Positions 1-12,091 of a stretch of DNA of 64,000 nt are shown here, piece by piece. The notes beneath the pieces are model-generated. The model saw nothing but the letters and a program-made list of their open reading frames with translations, searched no databases and was not told the DNA's origin. The position numbers were made by a program, and so were the translations under genes. Source of the stretch: Promethearchaeota archaeon (GTDB lineage: Archaea > Asgardarchaeota > Lokiarchaeia > Sigyniarchaeales > SOKP01); the NCBI GenBank assembly GCA_048940445.1, contig JBHLON010000012.1, positions 17,426 to 81,425 on the forward strand, given 5' to 3'. How positions within the stretch are numbered: the first letter of the stretch is position 1; each line of letters starts with the position of its first letter.

Positions 1-1275
1 GTGAAAAATCTCCAACTATTTTTACCAAAAAAACTCCCACAATTTTTTGGAAATCTTTTTGAGATTGAAGAAAAACATTTACAATTTTTTAAAGAGAAAA
101 AATTTGATGATCCCATTACTTTAGGGAAGGTTCGTTCAGGTTCTAAAATACTAGATATAGATGTCAATGTTAGTGCTTCTGAAGTAATACGCCATCATGT
201 GTTAATTCCTGCTACTACTGGAAGAGGTAAATCGAACTTAGTGAAAGTCATTTTATATAACATAGTAGAGAACTTATCTTGCGGAAAATTAGTGTTTGAT
301 CCTCATAATGAGTATTATGGCACACCAAAAATAAAAGGTCTTAAGGACCATCCTAAAAGCTCTGATTATGTTATATATTATACTTTGAGAGATATTCAAA
401 GAAAATTAGATTTAAAATTTAATGTTCAATATCTGTATCCAAGTCATGTTTTAGGTAGTATTGATTTATCCCAACCGCAAAGCGATGCTTTAATAACTTA
501 CTTTAGAAAATTTAAGAAAGAATGGATTCAAAAGATTTTTGACGAGAACATTGAGTATAATAAATTTGGCATAAAAGACACTACAATCGACGTTCTAAGA
601 AGAAAATTGACTCTTTTATTAGATTTAGATTTTGATGATGAAGGAAATATTATTGAAAAAGGCATATTTTCTCTAAGCGGTTATGAATCTACAATAGAAG
701 ATATTATTAATTTCTTGATTAATGGAAAAACAGTGATTATTGATAGTTCATTGTTTTCTGGAAATGAAGAAATTTTTATTGCTACAATTATAGTTGAGAG
801 CATTTTCAATCGATATAAACACTATAAATTTAAAGATGAGTTAGAGGATAAGCCTGTTATAGCTATAATACTTGAAGAGGCTCCTCGAGTCATAGGAATT
901 AAAGCATTAGAAGTTAGAGAGAACGTTTTTGGAAAAATAGCAAGGGAAGGGAGAAAGTTTAAGATAGGTTTAGTTGGAATTACTCAACTACCCAGTTTAA
1001 TTCCTCGTGAAATTCTTGCCAATATGAATACAAAAATAATTTTAGGTAATGAAATGGGTCCAGAGAGGCGGGTATTAATAGAAGGTTCAGCTCAAGATTT
1101 ATCTGATGACAGTCAAACAATCGCAAGTTTAGATATTGGTGAAGCAATCGTGACTTCTAACTTTACAAAGTTTGCAATTCCTATAAAAATCCCTCTATTT
1201 GATGACTTGATAAAGAATACTTTACATTCTGAAAAGAAAATAAAGAAAGTATCTCCAGGATTTTCATTAGAATAA
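1..1275 (+). CDS. herA: HerA DNA double-strand-break repair helicase/ATPase (5'-truncated by window edge)
   Basis: [15 protein letters not shown] Walker [14 protein letters not shown] Walker [15 protein letters not shown]; directly upstream of mre11-rad50. Confidence 0.92.
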   Translation: MKNLQLFLPKKLPQFFGNLFEIEEKHLQFFKEKKFDDPITLGKVRSGSKILDIDVNVSASEVIRHHVLIPATTGRGKSNLVKVILYNIVENLSCGKLVFDPHNEYYGTPKIKGLKDHPKSSDYVIYYTLRDIQRKLDLKFNVQYLYPSHVLGSIDLSQPQSDALITYFRKFKKEWIQKIFDENIEYNKFGIKDTTIDVLRRKLTLLLDLDFDDEGNIIEKGIFSLSGYESTIEDIINFLINGKTVIIDSSLFSGNEEIFIATIIVESIFNRYKHYKFKDELEDKPVIAIILEEAPRVIGIKALEVRENVFGKIAREGRKFKIGLVGITQLPSLIPREILANMNTKIILGNEMGPERRVLIEGSAQDLSDDSQTIASLDIGEAIVTSNFTKFAIPIKIPLFDDLIKNTLHSEKKIKKVSPGFSLE

Positions 1276-1298
1276 TTTTGAAAAAAGGTGTAATAAGT

Positions 1299-2585
1299 AT
1301 GAAAGTTAAATTTGCTCATTTATCTGATTGCCATTTAGGTGCTTGGAGAAATGAGAGACTTAATGTGCTTGGATATAAAGCTTTTGAAGAAGCAACTAGT
1401 ATAATAATCAAAGAAAAAGTTGATTTTGTGATAATTAGTGGAGATTTATTTGATGTTAGCAATCCAAAAGTTGACGTTATAGACTTAGCCGTTAGGGAAT
1501 TAAAAAAGTTAAAAGACAATGACATACCTGTTTACGGCATCATGGGTTCACATGACTATTCACCCTCAAATAAATCTATGATTCGGCCTTTAATAACCGC
1601 TGGCCTTTTTATAAATGTATTTGATGGAAAAGCATTTGATGATAAATTAAAATTATTTTTTACACAAGATCCAAAAACTAAAATAAAGTTAACAGGATTG
1701 AGAGCGAGAAAGAGAAGCTTAGAAATTGAAGATTATGAAAGGTTAGATAAGCAAAATTTAGAAAATGAACCTGGAATTAAGATTTTTGTTTTTCATACAA
1801 TGTTAAATGAATTAAAACCAATCGAATTTAAGCAGATGGAATCTACTCCTAAATCTGGTTTGCCTAAAAATTTTCATTATTATGCTGGTGGGCATCTTCA
1901 TAAAACTGTACCGCATAAGTTAAGAGAAAATGATAATATAATTAAAATTTCTGATAAAAACAACATAGTTTATCCAGGTGCCCTAAGTTTGACTGATTTT
2001 AGAGAAATTGAGAAATATAAATATGGTGGATTTTGTATAATTTCGGGAGAAATAGATCATGATGTGTGTAACTTTAATGTTAGATTTATCCCTTTAAAAA
2101 TAAAAGAAGTGATTACACTTGATCTTAATTGTGAGAATAAGACTTCTTTACAAGTTCAAAATATTCTTAAAGAGAAGCTTGAGACCCTTAATGTTCAAGA
2201 CAAAATTGTAACCTTACGAATTCATGGAGCTTTATCTTCTGGAAAAAGCTATGAAGTTAAGACTAATAGTTTTATTCGTTATTTAAGACAAAAAGGCGCT
2301 TATGAAATTTTAATTAATAAATTCTCACTCTCCTCAAAAGAATATACGTCAATAAAGGTTCCAACGGGAAAAACAAATGAAGAGATTGAGGAAGTCTTTA
2401 TTCACGAACATGCTCAAACCACAAATATTAAAAATATCAGGAAAAAAGACCTTGAGAATAGGATTCATCAACTCCTAACTGCAATTGGAGAAGAAAGAGA
2501 AGAAGGCATGAAAGTAAAAGATTATAATGAACTTTTGATAACTAACTTTAAAAGAATTTTTCAGATAAATGAAAAAAAGGAATGA
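1299..2585 (+). CDS. mre11: Mre11 nuclease
   Basis: Metallophosphoesterase motifs HLSDCHLG, SGDLFD, GSHD, FH, GGHLH, YPG. ATG at 1299 follows AGGTG (ORF track starts at 1278). Confidence 0.93.
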   Translation: MKVKFAHLSDCHLGAWRNERLNVLGYKAFEEATSIIIKEKVDFVIISGDLFDVSNPKVDVIDLAVRELKKLKDNDIPVYGIMGSHDYSPSNKSMIRPLITAGLFINVFDGKAFDDKLKLFFTQDPKTKIKLTGLRARKRSLEIEDYERLDKQNLENEPGIKIFVFHTMLNELKPIEFKQMESTPKSGLPKNFHYYAGGHLHKTVPHKLRENDNIIKISDKNNIVYPGALSLTDFREIEKYKYGGFCIISGEIDHDVCNFNVRFIPLKIKEVITLDLNCENKTSLQVQNILKEKLETLNVQDKIVTLRIHGALSSGKSYEVKTNSFIRYLRQKGAYEILINKFSLSSKEYTSIKVPTGKTNEEIEEVFIHEHAQTTNIKNIRKKDLENRIHQLLTAIGEEREEGMKVKDYNELLITNFKRIFQINEKKE

Positions 2586-2589
2586 GAAA

Positions 2590-4692
2590 ATGATTATCGA
2601 ATCAGTGAAAATAAAGAACATTAGAAGTATAGTAAAATTAAATAAAGATTTCCCTTCTTCTACAATTCTATTTTATGGAGATATTGGGAGTGGTAAATCA
2701 TCAGTTTTAAAAGCAATAGAATTTGGATTATTTGGAACTTTAACCGCAGCAGATTTAAGTGGTGATTCTCTATTAAGAAGAGGCGAAAATAGAGGTTCAG
2801 TGGAATTAACCTTTCTAATAGATGATAAGAAATATACAGTCAAGCGGAATTTGAAGAGAGTCATCAAGGACAAAAAATCAACTGTAAATCAAGAAGAAGG
2901 CTCATTTATTGAATATATAAATAGTACTCCCTCAGAAATTTCTTATGCAGCTACAGACCTAAGAAAAAAAGTATTAAACCTCCTAAATTATTCAATAACT
3001 CGTTATGAGAAGGCTCAAAAGATTCCTATTTTTCGTTATACAGTCTATACTCCACAAGAACAAGTTAAAGAAATATTACAGGCAAAACCAGAAGAAAGAT
3101 TTGAAATCTTAAAAGAAGTTTTTGGGATTGAAAAGTATGAAATTGCTCTTAAAAATGTAAGCGTTCTTAATGATTATTTACATAATGAGGGAAAAGAAAC
3201 GAAAATCAAGCTAGATATAATAGGGCAACCTGAGCTTTTAGTCCCTAAGAAACAGCAGGAAATTGAAGAAAAAAAAGAAAAAATTGAAAAATTCCGAATC
3301 TCTTTAAAAGAAAAAGAAAAAGAATTAGAAAGGGAAGAACTGAAAGATGAAAAAATACAGTCGGATTTAGATGAATGCTCTAAAAAGTTAATTCAAATAG
3401 ACAATTATCAAAAATTAGTTACAAATTCAGCAGATTCTAAGCAAAAAAGTGAGAACTCATTGGATATATTAATAAAAGAAATTTCAAATTCGGAAAAAAT
3501 AATAAATGACTTGCCTCAAATAGAAATTGAAACAATTTTAACTGAAGAACAATTTGAAGCTCAGATTAAAAAGGCTCGTAAGGAATATTCTAAAATAGAG
3601 AAAGAGAAAGCAATTTTGGAGAAAAAAGTGGAAGATATTAACATTCTTTTAAAAGAAGGTAAGTGTTCTTTATGTGGACAAGAGATACATGAGCAAGAAA
3701 GATTTGATAAAGAATTAAAAGAGATAAATAAAAAAATTAAAAACTATTTAAAAGAGACTCAGGATTTGGAAGCTCAAATACTTAAATCCGAAATAAATTT
3801 AAAAAACTTAAGAGAATATAGCAAGGTTAGAACAAAGAAGGAAGCTCTATTGACTTTAATTGAGGAAAAAAGGAAAAGAGAAGGCGAACTAAAAAAAATC
3901 ATTGATCAATGTAGTGAAACAATCGAAAAAAACCAAAAATTAATAGATGATGTTCTAAAGAAATATGATATAAAAAATTTAGAGAAGTTAAAAGAATTAG
4001 AAGCGAAATTAAAATCTAATATTGTAACCCAGAAGAATTTTATTAAAAAAATTAGGGCAGAAAAGACTGAATTTGAAAAAGGATTAGTTATTGAACAAAC
4101 TAGTCTAAAATCACTAAATTCAGAATTAATCATATTAAAGGATAATCTTAAAAGTAAGGACATACTTCGAGAAAAACTTGAGTATGTGACAGATTTAAAA
4201 AATTGGATTACAGATAAATTCCATATCCTTATAAGAGATATTGAGAGAGAGATAATATCTTCTAGTGCCCGCCAATTTAATGAATATTTTAAAGAATGGT
4301 TTATAACTTTAGTAGAGGACCCAAATATTGAAGTAGAAATTCGATTAGATGATTTTGAGCCAATAATAACGGTGAATGGATATGATTCACCATTTAATGA
4401 TTTATCTGGTGGAGAAAAAAGTGCTTTATCTTTAGCATATAGACTCGCATTAAATAAGATAATCAATGAGAGATATCAAGAGGTAAAAACCAAAGATTTA
4501 TTAATTCTAGATGAACCTACTGATGGATTTAGCCAAGAGCAAATTAATAAAATGCAGGAAGTATTTGAGAAACTTGCTACTTCCCAAATGTTTATTATTT
4601 CTCATGATAGAAATCTTGATTCTTTTGTAACCGATATTTTCAATTTTACAAAAGAAAGACATCAAACCAGAGTTACACAAGAACAAGTATGA
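2590..4692 (+). CDS. rad50: Rad50 SMC-like ATPase
   Basis: Walker A GDIGSGKS, Q-loop YTPQEQ, zinc hook CSLCG, signature LSGGE, LILDEPT, SH. Likely ATG at 2590. Confidence 0.93.
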   Translation: MIIESVKIKNIRSIVKLNKDFPSSTILFYGDIGSGKSSVLKAIEFGLFGTLTAADLSGDSLLRRGENRGSVELTFLIDDKKYTVKRNLKRVIKDKKSTVNQEEGSFIEYINSTPSEISYAATDLRKKVLNLLNYSITRYEKAQKIPIFRYTVYTPQEQVKEILQAKPEERFEILKEVFGIEKYEIALKNVSVLNDYLHNEGKETKIKLDIIGQPELLVPKKQQEIEEKKEKIEKFRISLKEKEKELEREELKDEKIQSDLDECSKKLIQIDNYQKLVTNSADSKQKSENSLDILIKEISNSEKIINDLPQIEIETILTEEQFEAQIKKARKEYSKIEKEKAILEKKVEDINILLKEGKCSLCGQEIHEQERFDKELKEINKKIKNYLKETQDLEAQILKSEINLKNLREYSKVRTKKEALLTLIEEKRKREGELKKIIDQCSETIEKNQKLIDDVLKKYDIKNLEKLKELEAKLKSNIVTQKNFIKKIRAEKTEFEKGLVIEQTSLKSLNSELIILKDNLKSKDILREKLEYVTDLKNWITDKFHILIRDIEREIISSSARQFNEYFKEWFITLVEDPNIEVEIRLDDFEPIITVNGYDSPFNDLSGGEKSALSLAYRLALNKIINERYQEVKTKDLLILDEPTDGFSQEQINKMQEVFEKLATSQMFIISHDRNLDSFVTDIFNFTKERHQTRVTQEQV

Positions 4693-4826
4693 TTTTCTAT
4701 TAATTTTTAAATTACTTTATTTTTAAAGATATTTTCACAAATCTTTTACTCATTATATTTAAATACCCGAAGACTATGATCTCCATAGAAATCTTTTGAA
4801 ATTCAAAAATTGGGGATAATAAAAAT

Positions 4827-5348
4827 TTGAATGAATTTTGGGCTTATTTTATTTTTGTCGGGCTATTAGTGGCGGGAATATTTTTTTTAATTTATTTTCG
4901 TAAGAAAATATTTAAAAAGAAAAAAAAGGGTCAAGAAGAAAGAGTCTCAAATTATAAATGTCTAGATGGTCATTTTGTTAAATCTAGGGGTGAAATAATT
5001 ATTGATAACTATCTATATATTTTAGGAATTAAGCATGAATATGAAAAGAAAATAAAAATTTTTAACCAAAAAGTTAAATCTGACTGGTTTTTACCCGATT
5101 TAGATGTTTACATAGAATATTGGGGTTTTCATGGAAAAAATTATTTAAAAAGAAAGAAAGAGAAAATTAAATTCTATAAAAAAGCGAAGTTAAAACTGAT
5201 CTCTATTGAAAATTATATGTTTTCGGATATATATTTTTATTTAAATAAAAAGCTGAAGCCTTTCATTGATATAGAGAAAATAGAACCCTTATTATTTACA
5301 AAAAAGTACTGTTCAAATTGTGGAATTGCTCTAGATGAAAGATTTTAA
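4827..5348 (+). CDS. Membrane-anchored PD-(D/E)xK-like nuclease-domain protein
   Basis: N-terminal hydrophobic helix followed by a Lys-rich stretch; DGHFVKSRGE..IDNYL..HEYE..SDW..YIEYWG pattern; C-terminal CxxC. Confidence 0.6.
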   Translation: MNEFWAYFIFVGLLVAGIFFLIYFRKKIFKKKKKGQEERVSNYKCLDGHFVKSRGEIIIDNYLYILGIKHEYEKKIKIFNQKVKSDWFLPDLDVYIEYWGFHGKNYLKRKKEKIKFYKKAKLKLISIENYMFSDIYFYLNKKLKPFIDIEKIEPLLFTKKYCSNCGIALDERF

Positions 5349-5352
5349 GTTA

Positions 5353-6537
5353 TTATTTTAAGAATTCCTCTAAATAATTAAATGTTTTTTCAAGCATTTC
5401 TAGATTAGGTAGGAAAGTTAATCTAATATGTCCTTTACCATATTCTCCAAATCCAGAACCAAAAACAGTGCATACGCCCTTTTCCTTAAGAAAATTAATC
5501 GCAAAATCTTTATCATCTTTCCATTTGGAGAATTCTTGAAATTCTATTTTCGGAAATAAGTAAAAGGCCCCACTAGCATTTACGCAACTAATTCCTTCAA
5601 TTTGTTTTAATCGCTTATAAGAATAATCACGTCTTTCTCTTAACTTTTTTACCATTTCTTTTGTATGGTCGCTTTTAGTTTTAAAAATTTCAACTGCTGC
5701 ATATTGAGCAATGGTACTAGCAGATAGACGAGCTCTGGCCATTTTTGCAATACTTTCTTTTAATTCTGTTAATTTCTGTTCTGGATCATGGTAATATAAA
5801 TAACCAAGCCTCCACCCTGTCATTAGATGTGCTTTTGAAAACCCATTCATCCCAATAATTGGTACATCCTTACTAAGACTTGCTGGAGATACAAAATCTC
5901 TTTCGTAAGTAATTTGATCATAAATCTCATCTGATAATATTGGTAAGTTATACTCTCCTGCTAAGTTAATGATTTGTTTGATTTTCTTTTCACTATATAA
6001 CACGCCCGTAGGATTATTTGGAGAACAAATTAAAATACCTTTAGTTTTTACCGTGATTTTTTTTCTCAAATCATCGATATTAGGATCCCAATCATCATTC
6101 TCGTTTAATTCATATTCTACTGGAATTCCATCATAAAATCGTGTATTATTAATATAGAGCGGATAAGTAGGACCAGGGATAAGAAATTCATCACTTTTTT
6201 CAACAAGTGCTGCTAAAAGGAAATAAATTGCTTCAGTTACACCAGTTGTAATTATAATATCTCTAGAATTTACATTTAGTTTATATCTTTCTTTCATAAA
6301 ATTACTAAGTTCTTCTCTTAACTCTAGAATTCCTAAAGAATCAGCATAATAATTCTTTCCACTAAGGCTAGCATTTGCTAGTGCTTTAGAAATAAATTCA
6401 GGTGTTTGAAAATCAAATATGGCAGGATCTCCAATATTCAAAGAAATGACCTCTTTTCCAGACTTTTTAACTTCATCTGCGATAATTGCAATATCTCTTA
6501 TTGCATATTCTATATCCTTAACTCTACGTGAGACCAT
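5353..6537 (-). CDS. Class I/II PLP aminotransferase (alanine aminotransferase-like)
   Basis: LNIGDP, PNNPTG, SDEIYD, GFSKAHLMTGWRLGY. Confidence 0.9.
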   Translation of the reverse strand: MVSRRVKDIEYAIRDIAIIADEVKKSGKEVISLNIGDPAIFDFQTPEFISKALANASLSGKNYYADSLGILELREELSNFMKERYKLNVNSRDIIITTGVTEAIYFLLAALVEKSDEFLIPGPTYPLYINNTRFYDGIPVEYELNENDDWDPNIDDLRKKITVKTKGILICSPNNPTGVLYSEKKIKQIINLAGEYNLPILSDEIYDQITYERDFVSPASLSKDVPIIGMNGFSKAHLMTGWRLGYLYYHDPEQKLTELKESIAKMARARLSASTIAQYAAVEIFKTKSDHTKEMVKKLRERRDYSYKRLKQIEGISCVNASGAFYLFPKIEFQEFSKWKDDKDFAINFLKEKGVCTVFGSGFGEYGKGHIRLTFLPNLEMLEKTFNYLEEFLK

Positions 6538-6632
6538 CGAATATCACTTAATATAATAAAAACTACTTTACAGTTAATATTTTCTAAAACTAAATAAGTT
6601 TATTATTAGAAAAAAGAGAGATTAAAAATTAA

Positions 6633-6917
6633 TTAATGAAGCTCTAATTTAAGATTATCTATTAGAGATGCTAAATATTGAGCCTTGAATGATTCTTTAT
6701 CTTCTATTTCATCATAAACTCTCATATATTCATTTAGTTCTTCTTGTTTTTCAATAAATTCTAATTCAAGATATCCTGTGGATAATTCAATAAAAAATTG
6801 TTCGCAAGAATCATCCAAATCTTTTTGTTCAACTTTATCTAAACTCTTTACAACAATTTCCATTAAAATCACATCCATTTTAGAAAGTAATTTTGTTTTA
6901 TCCAAGTAAATAACCAT
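6633..6917 (-). CDS. Small hypothetical protein homologous to the central helical hairpin of the 11147-11764 protein
   Basis: GYLELEFIEKQEELNEYMRVYDEIEDKESFKAQYLASLIDNL aligns with GYLYQEIVEKQQLQTELFEEYEKMNDKESYKGLSLKNWIDML. Confidence 0.75.
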   Translation of the reverse strand: MVIYLDKTKLLSKMDVILMEIVVKSLDKVEQKDLDDSCEQFFIELSTGYLELEFIEKQEELNEYMRVYDEIEDKESFKAQYLASLIDNLKLELH

Positions 6918-6958
6918 TCTCTCTAAATTTAAAAAATTTGATAAGAAGATTTTTTATT

Positions 6959-6984
6959 ATTTTGATAAATTTTTTTATCAAAAT
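6959..6984. promoter_or_regulatory. Perfect inverted repeat with TGATAA-N6-TTATCA core (candidate operator; could alternatively be a cdc48 terminator hairpin)
   Basis: ATTTTGATAAA-tttt-TTTATCAAAAT upstream of the 6917 gene; same core recurs at 11864 and 12006. Confidence 0.5.
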
Positions 6985-7026
6985 TAGTTCTTAATAATTT
7001 TTTTTAAAAGTAAAATAAGAACAGTA

Positions 7027-9336
<2,310 letters not shown>

Positions 9337-9364
9337 TTAATTGTTTTAAATTATAATTTTGACT

Positions 9365-10360
9365 TTACTTTTTAAGTATCTCTGTAGCTATTTTAAAAGC
9401 ATAATTATAATCAAATACCTTTAATCCCTTTGTTTTTGAGGCTTCTTTTAAGATTTGGCTCTCTGAATTTGCTTTCAAGGCGCCTAATGCCAGCGCACCT
9501 ATACAAAATATTCCAGGATAAACCTCATCGTTTTTATGTTTAGGCCTTACACCTTCAATACCATAAGGAGGAACTAAATTAATATCAACTACAATTTTTT
9601 TACCAGATAATTTTTGCATCAAATCTGCATTTAATATTTCAACACCAGCAGCAGCAAGAGACCAAATAACAAGGGCATCTTTCGCCGCTTCAAATCTTTG
9701 TTCTGGTTCTGGTGCAAACACTCCATGAATTTTTGTTGCTTCTTTCCCAGCTTCTGCAGTAAGTTCGTTTGCTAGCGTATTCACAAAATCCTTATTTGAT
9801 TTTTCCCACGTTTCTACTATGTATGTTTTACAGCCTATCTTGGCTGCTAAAATTGCTGCAATTCTTCCAACTGGTCCTGCCCCAAAAATCACTATTTTTT
9901 TATCTTTTAAACTTTTTATTCCATGTTTTCTATTAGCGATATCTATGGTCATAGCCACAACCGCGGAAGCTGTAGTATGAGAACCTCTAGGATCAATAAT
10001 AATTGGGCATTCAAAAGGAGGCACTAATGAGTCTTTTACAGTTTTAGCAATTTTTTCCCCTTCTTTAACATCTGACCCTCCAATAAAGAAAGCGGTGGGA
10101 GCATTGGGTTTTCTAGAAAATATTGCATCCTGTACAAGCTTGGGAACATAATCTGCTTTCATTTTACTCAACGGTATAACAATATCAAAACCAGCATCGT
10201 ATGCCATATTTATATCAAAAGGAGAAGCATTCTCATCTGTATCGAAAAAATAGCATATTTTATCAGATGTATCTTGTTTTTTAATAATAATTGGAGCTAA
10301 TTCTATAATAGATTTTTTTCCTAAAATACTTTCAGCACTTCTATCAACCATTTTCATCAA
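9365..10360 (-). CDS. NAD(P)-dependent methylene-H4MPT dehydrogenase, MtdB/MtdA family
   Basis: SPFDINMAYDAGFD, VQDAIFSR, FIGG, DPRGSHTTASA, GAGPVG, DINLVPPYGIEG, GALALGALK. Confidence 0.85.
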   Translation of the reverse strand: MMKMVDRSAESILGKKSIIELAPIIIKKQDTSDKICYFFDTDENASPFDINMAYDAGFDIVIPLSKMKADYVPKLVQDAIFSRKPNAPTAFFIGGSDVKEGEKIAKTVKDSLVPPFECPIIIDPRGSHTTASAVVAMTIDIANRKHGIKSLKDKKIVIFGAGPVGRIAAILAAKIGCKTYIVETWEKSNKDFVNTLANELTAEAGKEATKIHGVFAPEPEQRFEAAKDALVIWSLAAAGVEILNADLMQKLSGKKIVVDINLVPPYGIEGVRPKHKNDEVYPGIFCIGALALGALKANSESQILKEASKTKGLKVFDYNYAFKIATEILKK

Positions 10361-10397
10361 CTTTTTCTTATTAATTTAAAATAAATCTTAAAAAAAT

Positions 10398-11129
10398 TTA
10401 TTTAGAGATGTCAATTTCAACATCTTTTTCGAGATCTTTTTCAATTTCTTCAGTTCTAATGGTTCTCTTGATCTTAATTTGTTCCGTTTCAATACCTAAT
10501 TCTTCTGATAATTTTTCAATCCCATTAAAGTGTCGAAGATCACAGATAAACATCCCTTTCAATTTTTTACCACTTTTTTCCTTTGCAAGATTTAATACAT
10601 TCATCATCATCCAGGCTTCTCTTACTTTATACCTTATATCATCCTCTTGATTATCATAATCCTTCTGTAAATATTCTTTCCATAATATTAACTGTTGAAA
10701 TAATTCATCATTTTCAGGAACTTTTCCTTGTTTTTTAATTATTTCTCTAATTTTTAATTCAAGATTTTTAATTGTAGATCTATGTTCGTCTAAGGCTGAA
10801 GAAAGATATAATTCAGCATTTTCTGCTATATCAGCACGTTTGAAAGAAATATTTCGTTTCTCAAATAGTTTTTTCAAAGGATCATTTGGGTCATTTACAT
10901 TATTCCAAAAATTTGGTCTCTCTTCTACTGCAAAATCTGGTTTATACTTCTCAATCAATGAATCAACTAATTGAAGATATTCTTTTGAAATTAAGTGAAG
11001 ATTCCATATAAGATCTTCTTTAATCTCATTAGGTACTTCAAACCACCAGTCTATTGGGAATTCACTTTCAATCATTACTAATTTTAAATATTTTTCTTTT
11101 AAAGGTTTTAATTCTAACACTTCTGGCAT
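10398..11129 (-). CDS. TraB/PrgY(TIKI)-like fold hypothetical protein
   Basis: HLISKE..IEKYKPDFAVEE and REAWM..FICDLRHFNGI resemble TraB motifs; SD GGAG upstream. Confidence 0.55.
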   Translation of the reverse strand: MPEVLELKPLKEKYLKLVMIESEFPIDWWFEVPNEIKEDLIWNLHLISKEYLQLVDSLIEKYKPDFAVEERPNFWNNVNDPNDPLKKLFEKRNISFKRADIAENAELYLSSALDEHRSTIKNLELKIREIIKKQGKVPENDELFQQLILWKEYLQKDYDNQEDDIRYKVREAWMMMNVLNLAKEKSGKKLKGMFICDLRHFNGIEKLSEELGIETEQIKIKRTIRTEEIEKDLEKDVEIDISK

Positions 11130-11146
11130 TTATTATCTCCTCTTTC

Positions 11147-11764
11147 TTAAAATATTATATTTTGTATTGTATGTTTTTTATTATAGGAAATTACTTTTAC
11201 ACCTAATTCCCTCAAATTACTGGTAACTTCAGGGCAAATATCTTCACAAATATCTTCTTGAACAAAATGCACAAACACAATTATATTTTTTTCGTAGTTG
11301 GATACTAAATCTAACATTTTCTTAACAATCCATTGAGGTCTCAATTTTAGACTTAGAAATATTTCTTTTTCCTGAATCTCTTCTCCTAACATGTCAATCC
11401 AATTCTTTAAACTGAGTCCTTTATAGGATTCTTTGTCGTTCATTTTTTCATATTCTTCAAATAATTCTGTTTGTAATTGTTGTTTTTCAACAATTTCTTG
11501 ATATAGATAACCCATCGCATAATCTGGAATATCAACTTGAAAATAGGGGATTTTTAGTTCATTTAATGTTAGAGCAAATGGTGTTTTACTAAATTCTTTC
11601 ATATTAACCTGAAAATCTACCGTTACAAAATCAACGTTGTTCTTTTTTAAAAATTCTCTTAACTTAGACGTGTCTTTATTTTGAAAATACTTCGCATTTT
11701 CTTTTGAGGAAATATAGGCAACAATTTTTCTATTTTTTATAGGCTTTAATTCCAAAACTTCCAC
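11147..11764 (-). CDS. Paralog of the 10398-11129 protein (TraB-like, divergent)
   Basis: Shared N-terminus EVLELKP and similar C-terminal W..K..L..LRELGV. GTG start at 11764 after GAGGTG (ORF track extends to 11845). Confidence 0.6.
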   Translation of the reverse strand: MEVLELKPIKNRKIVAYISSKENAKYFQNKDTSKLREFLKKNNVDFVTVDFQVNMKEFSKTPFALTLNELKIPYFQVDIPDYAMGYLYQEIVEKQQLQTELFEEYEKMNDKESYKGLSLKNWIDMLGEEIQEKEIFLSLKLRPQWIVKKMLDLVSNYEKNIIVFVHFVQEDICEDICPEVTSNLRELGVKVISYNKKHTIQNIIF

Positions 11765-11863
11765 TTTATGAAACACCTCTTCATAAACCATATCGTAGTA
11801 ATCTAAGATCTTAATCAAATTGTTAGAATAAAAAGAGTTTGACAAGAAAATTTTCTTATAATT

Positions 11864-11881
11864 TGATAATTTTTTTAGTCA
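11864..11881. promoter_or_regulatory. Candidate operator TGATAA-N6-TAGTCA
   Basis: Imperfect copy of the 6963-6980 palindrome, between the leftward TATA box and the 11764 start. Confidence 0.4.
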
Positions 11882-11911
11882 AGAACTCTTCAAACAAAAT
11901 TTTTGTTGTTA

Positions 11912-11956
11912 TATATAAAATCGATAATTCTATGACTAATATCGCCATTTTATATA
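11912..11956. promoter_or_regulatory. Back-to-back TATA boxes of a divergent promoter
   Basis: TATATAAAATCGATA...TATCGccATTTTATATA inverted repeat giving TTTATATA on each strand. Confidence 0.5.
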
Positions 11957-12005
11957 ATGAAGAGGAAAAGTCTAATGATCAAATCCTAACAAAGTTTAAA
12001 TAGAT

Positions 12006-12023
12006 CGATAACTATCATTATCA
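12006..12023. promoter_or_regulatory. Candidate operator CGATAA-N6-TTATCA
   Basis: Immediately downstream of TTTAAATA (11995-12002) and upstream of the HTH-HdrA gene. Confidence 0.45.
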
Positions 12024-12091
12024 TGAAGAGAAATAAAATTGTCAAATTTGAAAATTAACAAAAATAATAATCAAATAAAGAGGGGAAGTAA

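Noticed and set aside
11765-11845. N-terminal extension of the 11147 ORF as called in the track
   Set aside because: The paralog begins at EVLELKP, and an SD (GAGGTG) precedes GTG 11764; the extension overlaps the promoter/leader region.
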